The notes beneath the pieces are model-generated. The model searched no databases. It was not told the DNA's origin and was given only the letters and a program-made list of their open reading frames with translations. Positions 1 to 5,724 of a stretch of DNA of 6,059 nucleotides are shown here, piece by piece. Numbering within the stretch: position 1 is the first letter of the stretch; every line of letters begins with the position of its first letter. The stretch covers positions 1 to 6,059 of the forward strand of contig NW_021829470.1 of the NCBI RefSeq assembly GCF_006345805.1. Direction: 5' to 3'. Position numbers and translations under genes: made by a program. This DNA is from Octopus sinensis. Its lineage: Eukaryota.

Positions 1-41
<41 letters not shown>

Positions 42-60
42 TAGTGTGTGTGTGTATGTA
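1..60. repeat. (TA)n microsatellite followed by short (GT)n/(GTAT)n
   Basis: Near-perfect TA run at 1-38, then GT/GTAT units. Confidence 0.95.
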
Positions 61-68
61 TGGATGGA

Positions 69-85
69 GGGAGGGAGGGAGGGGG
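69..85 (+). other. (GGGA)n tract matching a canonical G-quadruplex motif
   Basis: GGG-A-GGG-A-GGG-A-GGGGG: four G-tracts with 1-nt loops. Sequence pattern only. Confidence 0.55.
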
Positions 86-96
86 ATTTTCTGGAG

Positions 97-444
97 TTTA
101 TTTTAAGTTTTTATTTTCTTATTTGTAGAATTCAAACCGGTTACAAAGTGATATTAAGCTCTTTTGTTGAAGTCATGACAGCCTTTATGTTTTGTGGTTG
201 CCTGAATTGGTTGACTATGCAGATATATGTGTGGTGTGTGTGTGTGAACGGGTGGGTGGGTGGAGGCAATTTGTATTCTTGGGTGTGTCTATCACGACAG
301 AGGTCTGAATGTTTCATTACTGGTTATGGCTTCATGCTCAAGTGTATTCAGTACTTTTATGTGATTATGCGCAAATGTTCATTCAGGATTCACAAACAGA
401 GAATCCTCGAAGTGTTTCCCAAATTGTCCCTGTTTCCTCTGATC
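97..444 (-). mobile_element. Distal 3' piece of decayed RLE-type non-LTR retrotransposon (last ORF codons, putative 3' UTR and A-rich tail)
   Basis: After removing both MITEs, the minus frame continues L*RHSIRG then (one frameshift) TGTIWETLRGFSVCES* with TGA at 385-383. This resembles the LQxxSIxGTxKIxKTF C-terminus I recall for R4/Dong-like elements. The A-rich run on the minus strand at ~97-124 (aaataagaaaataaaaacttaaaataaa) could be the tail. The UTR extent (97-382) is tentative. Confidence 0.5.
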
Positions 445-1080
445 CAGTGGTTCTCACCCAGGGTCCACATAAGATTTTGTTGTTAAAATTTATCTGCAAT
501 AAAATGGTTATGCTTCTTCAGGCGTGGTTCTGTGGTAAGAAGCTTGCTTCCCAACCACGTGGTTCAGAGTTCAGTCCCACTGCATGACACAGTGTCTTCT
601 ACTATAGCCGTAGGCCGACCAAAGCCTTGTGAGTGGATTTGGTAGATGAAAACTCAAAGAAGCCATCGTATATATATATATATATACGAATTTTCCATAC
701 TGACGATAAACATAGGATAATTCATTCACCTATTTATATATATATATATATATGTTATACATCTAAGTGTGTGTGTTTTTGTGTCTCAACCGGTGCTGGT
801 GTTTACGTCCCCGTAACTTAGCGGTTCGATAAAACAAACCGATAGACTAAATACTAGTCTTAAACAAAAGAATAAGTCCTGGGGTCGATTTGCCCCAGCA
901 TGGCCGCACTCAGATAACTGAAACACGCAAAAGATAAAAGATAAATACGGTTCCTAACAGTATTTAATCATAGAAATATAACGGGATTTTAAAAACCTTG
1001 AATGGCTATGAGGGTCCATCCGCATAAAACAGCAACCAACGGGATCTATAGGTAAAAAAAGAAATGGTTGAGAACCACTA
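445..1080. mobile_element. hAT (Charlie/Buster-type) MITE 1, ~200 bp once the internal SINE is removed
   Basis: TIRs cagtggttctcaccc (445-459) and ggttgagaaccacta (1066-1080) match 13/15. The 8-bp TSD is degenerate: ctctgatc (437-444) vs ctttaatc (1081-1088), 6/8, with central TA in the right copy. Subterminal gggtcc motifs near both ends. Confidence 0.8.
519..945 (+). mobile_element. tRNA-derived SINE, family A copy 1, inserted in MITE 1
   Basis: Head caggcgtggttctgtggtaagaagcttgcttcccaaccac, B-box-like gagttcagtccc (567-578), internal (TA)n, and 3' part ending ccccagcatggccgca...ctgaaac-(aaaagat)n. Colinear with copies at 4546-4990 and 5461-5724. Possible decayed TSD tatgcttctt (509-518) / tacggttcct (946-955), 7/10. 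Confidence 0.87.
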
Positions 1081-1102
1081 CTTTAATCGAATGTCTCTAG
1101 AG

Positions 1103-1299
1103 CAGTGGTTTTCAACCAGGGTTCCGTGGAACCATAGGGTTCCGCAAGAAGTTACAAAACTGCTAAAATCGACAGTAATTTTTAATTTTCCTATGCAGAT
1201 ATGTGTGCATAAGACTATTAAATTATTGCACAGGGGTTCCTCGAGCCAGTGGAATGTTTCCTTGGGGTTCCGCTTCAGCAAAAAGTTTGAAAAGCACTG
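1103..1299. mobile_element. hAT (Charlie/Buster-type) MITE 2, 197 bp
   Basis: Perfect 8-bp TSD ctctagag (1095-1102 and 1300-1307), the NTCTAGAN target typical of Charlie/Buster elements. TIRs cagtggttttcaac / tttgaaaagcactg match 12/14. Subterminal GGGTTCC at 1119, 1137, 1234 and 1265, plus inverted ggaacc at 1128. Confidence 0.93.
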
Positions 1300-1721
1300 C
1301 TCTAGAGAATGGGAATCAGTCTGCCCTGCTCCTTTTTGCAAAACCCAAGCATTTCTAGGTTTCTATGCCGAACATAGTCGAGTGCATCTATGATAAAAGG
1401 AACAAATAACAATCTATAGCCTGGAAATAACAGCTGTAGGATACTCGTTAGTTCTCCATAGATATTCTTCTTTTACGCAGCTTTTGACGAGATATTCGCA
1501 TCCGTTACACAGCTTATCTTTGCAGCGGTGCATACAAATTATATCTGGTCTTTAGTGTTTACATTGGACTGCTGCTTTTATTGTAATGCTCTGGCAGTTG
1601 TTTCTGTTTTTAAAGGAGTGGATATTTTCTGGTTCAGGCGTGGCTTTCGACAATCCCTACTGCGTATAACATTGCAGATTGTCTCAGCGACAATGGTATG
1701 CCTCATGGGACGGGGTATCTT
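1300..1721 (-). mobile_element. Decayed RLE-type (R2 superfamily, most like R4/Dong) non-LTR retrotransposon, restriction-like endonuclease domain
   Basis: Manual minus-strand translation across two frameshifts: PMRHTIVAETICNVIRSRDC (RH at ~1703-1698) / PEPENIHSFKNRNNCQSITIKAAVQCKH*RPDII (RPD at 1551-1543) / FVCTAAKISCVTDANISSKAA*KKNIYGELTSILQLLFPGYRLLFVPFIIDALDYVRHRNLEMLGFCKKEQGRLIPIL*. Motif order matches RLE C-termini: RHD, RPD, ExSxPxD, KxxKY, PIIIGALG. In-frame stops make it non-coding. Confidence 0.82.
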
Positions 1722-1741
1722 TGTTTGTTTGTATGTATGCT

Positions 1742-1798
<57 letters not shown>

Positions 1799-1815
1799 TA
1801 TGTATGTATGTATGT
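1722..1815. repeat. Compound microsatellite (GTTT)/(GTAT)/(TG)27/(GTAT)
   Basis: Perfect TG run at 1744-1797 flanked by tetranucleotide units. Confidence 0.95.
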
Positions 1816-2026
1816 GTTAGCGTGCCGGGCGAAATGCTTAGCGATATTTCGTCTGCCGTTACGTTCTGAGTTCAAATTCCGCCGAGGTCGACTTTGCCTT
1901 TCATCCTTTCGGGGTCGATAAATAAAGTACCAGTTACGCACTGGGGTCGATGTAATCGACTTAATCCGTTTGTCTGTCCTTGTTTGTCCCCTCTATGTTT
2001 AGCCCCTTGTGGGCAATAAAGAAATA
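1816..2026 (+). mobile_element. tRNA-derived SINE, family B, 5'-truncated
   Basis: B-box-like gagttcaaattcc (1868-1880), central gactttgcctttcatcctttcggggtcgataaa domain (recalled as Meta/MESC-like; unverified) and A-rich end aataaagaaata. The A-box region is missing. Recognised from memory as an abundant Octopus SINE. Confidence 0.8.
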
Positions 2027-2100
2027 TATATATGCATTTATACGTGTATGTATGGTATGTATGTATGTATGTATGTGGATGTATGAATGTATGCATGTTT
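2027..2100. repeat. (TA)/(TATG)n low-complexity tract
   Basis: Repeated tatg/tgta units. Confidence 0.9.
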
Positions 2101-2310
2101 GTTAGCTCCAGGTCAGCAGAGATGTGGATGATAGAGGCTTTCAATGCCTACGGGCATTCCAAACGTGACCAGTTCATCATTTCATGATTACACAGGACAA
2201 TATTATGTAATGTGTCCTTTTCTTTTTAAGAGAGTAAGGAGTAATTTGAAGAAGATTTGGCTGCTATTTCTAATGGGTCGAACAACTACGTAAAGCCTAC
2301 CTCGTTGACA
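2101..2310. repeat. Probable degraded unclassified interspersed repeat
   Basis: gttagctccaggtcagc and gatttggctgctatttcta...ggtcga resemble a repeat I recall from Octopus genomic DNA. There is no second copy, TIR or TSD in the window to confirm it. Confidence 0.3.
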
Positions 2311-2317
2311 TTTCATA

Positions 2318-2493
2318 TGTCAGAGCGCGTAAAAGGTCATTAACGTTTTGAAACATGAAATTCATCGAAATATATTTCAATTATTGCGGAAATTTTATTC
2401 ATCTAAGTATCAATAGTCAACAGCTTTTTGCCAACAAGTCACAAGTTTGTTTATTCCGGTAACATAAAAATCCGGAGTCCTGGAGCTGATGAA
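2318..2493 (-). mobile_element. Mariner (Hsmar1/cecropia-like) transposon 3' end relic: transposase C-terminus plus degraded TIR
   Basis: 2493-2395 translates to FISSRTPDFYVTGINKLVTCWQKAVDY*YLDE*, matching the Hsmar1/SETMAR-type C-terminus as recalled (FVESRSTDFYATGINKLISRWQKCVDCNGSYFD). About 45 bp past the stop, TA (2316-2317) + tgtcagagcgcgtaaaaggtcattaacgtttt loosely resembles the Hsmar1 TIR. Confidence 0.77.
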
Positions 2494-2546
2494 CTATTTT
2501 CCAACAGGCCGAGAAACTACATGAAAACCCTCACACTGGCACCAGC

Positions 2547-2564
2547 TGTGTGTGTGTGTGTGTG
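2547..2564. repeat. (TG)9 microsatellite
   Basis: Direct reading. Confidence 0.95.
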
Positions 2565-2745
2565 ATGACATTTACAGTAGTCAGGTCTGTCTTCAAGGCA
2601 TCTTCATCTGCTCTCCCTCAATCTACGATTTTTCGGTTCCTGCATCATTTAACTTTTCACAGCTCAGAAATATATTTACCAGTCACGCGAGGGAACGATT
2701 CATTCGACTTTGTTCAGTCATTTCATTACACCTTGAAAACAAAAA

Positions 2746-2754
2746 CATACATAC

Positions 2755-2801
<47 letters not shown>

Positions 2802-2808
2802 CATACAC

Positions 2809-2845
<37 letters not shown>

Positions 2846-3390
2846 TACATACATAGAAACACATACATACATGCAAACACATGCATACAAACATACACAC
2901 ACATCAATCCATCCATCCATACAAACACGTATATACATACATATAAGCATACATACATATATACAAACAGACATATATACATATAAACATACATACGTAC
3001 ATGCATACATACATAGATGTATACATTCATATATACATGCATGCAGCATGCATACATACATGCATAGATACATACATGCATGCATGCATGCATACATACA
3101 TGCATACATAAATACATATATACATATATATACAGCGGTGGTGCCCCAGCATGGCCGTGGCCTTCGGGCTAAAACATTTTTAAGGATTTTAAGGATTTAT
3201 ATACATGCATGAATACATACATATATACATGCATACATACATACATGCATACATACATGCATACATTCATATATACATACATACGTACATGCATTAATAC
3301 ATGCATACATACGCACATTCATTCATAGATGCATGCATTCATACATACATGCGTACATATACACACATGCAATACACAAATGTGCATGTA
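2746..3390. repeat. Long compound (CA)/(TA)/(CATA)/(CATG) low-complexity tract, interrupted by a SINE tail
   Basis: Nearly continuous alternating purine-pyrimidine units, including (CATG)4 at 3075-3090. It generates the His/Thr/Tyr- and Val/Cys/Met-rich spurious ORFs. Confidence 0.95.
3135..3198 (+). mobile_element. Orphan SINE/LINE 3' tail fragment related to the family A tail
   Basis: ggtgccccagcatggccg...ggctaaaac matches the family A 3' end (ggtgctccagcatggcca...ctgaaac at 4943-4978) but ends in (ttttaagga)2 rather than aaaagat/aaaagag. Confidence 0.75.
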
Positions 3391-3394
3391 AGGG

Positions 3395-3695
3395 GGAGAT
3401 GCATGGCTTGGTGGTTACAGGATTCCACTCGCGATTATAAGGTCTTGAGTCTGATATGCAGTGGTGAGTTGTGTCCTTGAGCAAGACACTTCATTTCAAG
3501 TTGCTCTAGTTTACTCGGGTGACAAAAATGAGTTGTACCTGTGTTCTAAAGGGCCAGCCTTGTCACATTCTGTGTCACTCAGAATCTTCCTGAGGACTAC
3601 GTCAGGGTTATGTGTGTCTGAGGAATACTCAGCCACTTGCATGCTACTTTCATGAGCTGGATGTTCTGTTGACTGGATCAAGGACAGAGTACCAG
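3395..3695 (+). mobile_element. tRNA-derived CORE-type SINE, family C
   Basis: A-box-like tggcttggtgg (3404-3414), decayed B-box, and CORE-like gtgtccttgagcaagacacttcatttc from 3471. This core is shared with the minus-strand SINE at 5725-6017, but the 3' parts differ. Confidence 0.8.
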
Positions 3696-3764
3696 ATAAA
3701 GAGAGAGAGGGCTTTTGACAAGAGTGTAAGATCAAACAAACCACATTTAATCATCAGCATGTAC

Positions 3765-3835
3765 ATATATATATATATATGTGCATGTGAGTGAGTGTGT
3801 ATGCGTGTGTGTATGTGTGTGCATGTGTGTGTGTG
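3765..3835. repeat. (TA)n then degenerate (TG)n microsatellite
   Basis: Direct reading. Confidence 0.9.
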
Positions 3836-3894
3836 GAATGTGCGACTAAGATGTTAGGTACATATTTTTCTGTATGTAATATCCTAAAACCACA

Positions 3895-3998
3895 ATGCCA
3901 AGTAAAAGGCACTGGTGCAGGTGTCACATAAAAAGCATTGGGGATGGTACCACATAAAATTCACCAGGGCTGGTGCCGTGTAAAAAGCACCCAGTCCA
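3895..3998 (+). repeat. Four-unit 26-bp-period tandem array
   Basis: Units start at 3895, 3921, 3947 and 3973, with an 18-nt core close to gtgccacgtaaaaagcac and a variable 8-nt linker. Confidence 0.85.
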
Positions 3999-4157
3999 CT
4001 CTGTAAACTGGTTGACATTAAGAAGGGCATCTGGCCGTAGAAATCAAGCCGAAACAGACTATGGGACCTGGTGTAAACCTTGAACTTACTAGTTCCTATC
4101 AACCCATCCAACCCATGCCAGAATGGGAAACAGATGTTAAATGATGATGAAGATGAT
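3895..4157 (+). mobile_element. 3' end of an RTE-type LINE or RTE-tailed SINE
   Basis: ggttgacattaagaagggcatctggccgtagaaa motif (RTE-like tail as recalled), then ccaacccatgccagaatgg...gttaaa and a (GAT)n tail at 4142-4157. The 5' boundary is uncertain. Confidence 0.65.
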
Positions 4158-4188
4158 ATACATAATTAGTGTGTATATGTGTGTGTGT

Positions 4189-4371
4189 ACCGTTGGCGAT
4201 TTTTTTTTCCTCTGTCTTCCCTTCTCTGGATCTTTCCTTCTCCTATGTTTCCGACGAAGAGCTCCGCTCGAAACATTAAACCCTCCTTCTTTCCTGAGCG
4301 TCCAATAATACCATATTTGTTCCACGTCCTCACGTTGTTGTGTTTTTTTGTGCTTTCTTGTTTGGATTAAC
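4189..4371 (+). mobile_element. Penelope-like element terminal (pseudo-LTR) fragment 1
   Basis: Pyrimidine-rich segment containing a minimal hammerhead motif. It is homologous to the minus-strand segment 5250-5426 (shared gaagagc-loop-gctc-aaacat, cctgag, taatac, T-run, terminal aac) and ends at (TA)n. PLE identity is inferred from the known association of minimal type I hammerheads with PLE pLTRs. No RT or GIY-YIG sequence is seen. Confidence 0.65.
4247..4281 (+). ncRNA. Decayed minimal type I hammerhead ribozyme motif
   Basis: GTTT (stem I) - CCGACGA - A - GAGC tcc GCTC (stem II) - GAA - ACAT - T - AAAC (stem I). Deviations: U4 is C, and the stem III palindrome ACGT reads ACAT. Probably inactive. 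Confidence 0.7.
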
Positions 4372-4441
4372 TATATATATATATATGTATGCTGATGTTT
4401 GTTTTTATGTTAAGTTACAATAATCTGTAGGGTACAAATTT

Positions 4442-4546
4442 ATTATTCTTAAACAACAATATTATTGGCAGTGACTTCGAAGTTCTGGTCGGTCTGATGA
4501 TGGTGTAGCTGGCCTAAACTTCAGAGTATTCTTGTTTAAGAATAAT
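4442..4546. repeat. 20-bp inverted repeat flanking a 65-bp core
   Basis: attattcttaaacaacaata (4442-4461) vs tattcttgtttaagaataat (4527-4546): 19/20 complementary. Confidence 0.9.
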
Positions 4547-4990
4547 GGCTATGTGGTAAGAAGCTTGCTTCCCAACCACTTGGTTCTAAGTTCAGTCCCA
4601 CTGTGTAGCACCTTGGGCAAGTGCCTTCTAGTATTGCCTTGGGCTGACCAAAGCCTTGTGAGTGGATTTGGGTAGACGGAAACTGAAAGAAGCCCTTCAT
4701 GTGTATATATTTATGTTTATATTTTATATATGTATGTATCATATATCATCTATGTGTTGTCTTTGTTCTCCATTGTCACCACTAGTAGTCATTAACAACC
4801 AGTGTTGTGACTATATCAACCAGTGTTGATACATTTACATCCCTGTAACTTAACAGTTCAGCAAAAGAGACTAATAGAATAAGTACTAGGTTTAAAAAAT
4901 AAGGTCCTGGAGTCAAGTTGTTCATATAAAACCCTTTAAGGTGGTGCTCCAGCATGGCCACAGTCAGATGACTGAAACAAGTAAAAGAAT
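4546..4990 (+). mobile_element. tRNA-derived SINE, family A copy 2 (slightly 5'-truncated)
   Basis: tggctatgtggtaagaagcttgcttcccaaccac head, CORE-like caccttgggcaagtg, internal microsatellite, and tail ggtgctccagcatggccacagtcagatgactgaaacaagtaaaagaat. Colinear with copy 1. Confidence 0.88.
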
Positions 4991-5200
4991 ATATATATAT
5001 ATATATATAAAATATATTTTGTATTACGAATTTGAGGTAAAACATTTTACCTTCGCCCATATAATACAATAAATGAAATAATTGCATTGCAATTCTTAGC
5101 ATTTATGTATTAGCCTTCTGGGTACTTTACTGGCAGTATATTGGATAAATGATATCCCATAGTGGGTTACACTCATAACCCCTATCTCACTTTGTACTTT

Positions 5201-5249
5201 TATATATATATATATATATATCTATATATTATATATATATATATATATA
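5201..5249. repeat. (TA)n microsatellite
   Basis: Near-perfect TA run abutting PLE-like fragment 2. Confidence 0.95.
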
Positions 5250-5426
5250 GTTGAAATTTATAGAAAAAAAAGGCGAAGACAGGTGTATGAATAACAGCAA
5301 GTGTATTAGTTTGATACTCAGGAAAAATGAAAAAGTCTTTTATGTTTTGAGCTTATGCTCTTCAACAGAATGGAATAAGAGGAACTAAACAGAGAGAAAA
5401 TGAAAAACTTGTAGAGTTCATGGTGA
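5250..5426 (-). mobile_element. Penelope-like element terminal (pseudo-LTR) fragment 2
   Basis: The reverse complement aligns by eye to 4189-4371 over ~120 bp, contains a hammerhead relic and ends ttcaac-(TA)n. The 5' boundary is approximate. Confidence 0.62.
5337..5372 (-). ncRNA. Decayed minimal type I hammerhead ribozyme motif
   Basis: Minus strand: CATT - CTGTTGA - A - GAGC ataa GCTC - AAA - ACAT - A - AAAG. Deviations: A6 is U, G12 is A, stem III reads ACAT, and there is one mismatch in stem I. Expected inactive. Confidence 0.6.
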
Positions 5427-5460
5427 ATGAATATATATATTCTTTTACTTATATATATAA

Positions 5461-5724
5461 GGTGCAGGAGTGGCTGTGTGGTAAGTAGCTTGCTTACCAA
5501 CCACATGGTTCTGGGTTCAGTTCCGCTGCATGGCACCTTGGGCAAGTGTCTTCCACTATAGCAGCGGGCCGACAACTGATGCTGGAGTGTTTATGTCCCC
5601 GTAACTTAGCAGTTCGGCAAAAGCGACTGATAGAATAAGTACTGGGCTTACAAAGAATAAGTCTGTGATTGATTTCCTCGACTAAAGCCGCATTCAAATG
5701 ACTAAAAGAAGTAAAAGAGTAAGA
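5461..5724 (+). mobile_element. tRNA-derived SINE, family A copy 3 (full head, internal deletion)
   Basis: ggtgcaggagtggctgtgtggtaag head, gggttcagttcc B-box-like motif and caccttgggcaagtgtc. It jumps from gggccgac to aactgatgctgg at 5573/5574, skipping the middle present in copies 1 and 2. Tail gtaaaagagtaaga. Confidence 0.88.

Noticed and set aside
309-587. ORF with apparent acceptor tcattcag before DSQTENPRSVSQIVPVSSDP
   Set aside because: It is the antisense of the LINE C-terminus and reads on into the MITE TIR and SINE head. There is no convincing donor or recognisable domain.
700-713. CTGACGA-TAAAC as a fourth hammerhead core
   Set aside because: There is no stem II and no exact stem I or III. 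A 7-mer match is expected by chance.
1064-1393. Overlapping 109-aa and 87-aa ORFs
   Set aside because: They span MITE 2 and its flanks and have no transposase motifs. The element is only 197 bp.
2565-2735. Possible mariner N-terminal (HTH) remnant, or a minus-strand exon after ttttgttttcaag
   Set aside because: The similarity to Hsmar1 N-terminal residues needs several gaps and stops and could be chance. The candidate exon has stops in all three frames and a weak AAG acceptor. The segment is left unassigned, and a translated search would decide.
2550-3212. Long ORFs of 127-220 aa on both strands
   Set aside because: They run through CA/TA/CATG repeats that lack stop codons in several frames, and the products are H/T/Y/I or V/C/M/Y dipeptide runs.
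3895-3998. CRISPR-like repeat-spacer appearance
   Set aside because: The spacers are only 8 nt, the repeats are degenerate, there are no cas genes, and the context is a eukaryotic retroposon.
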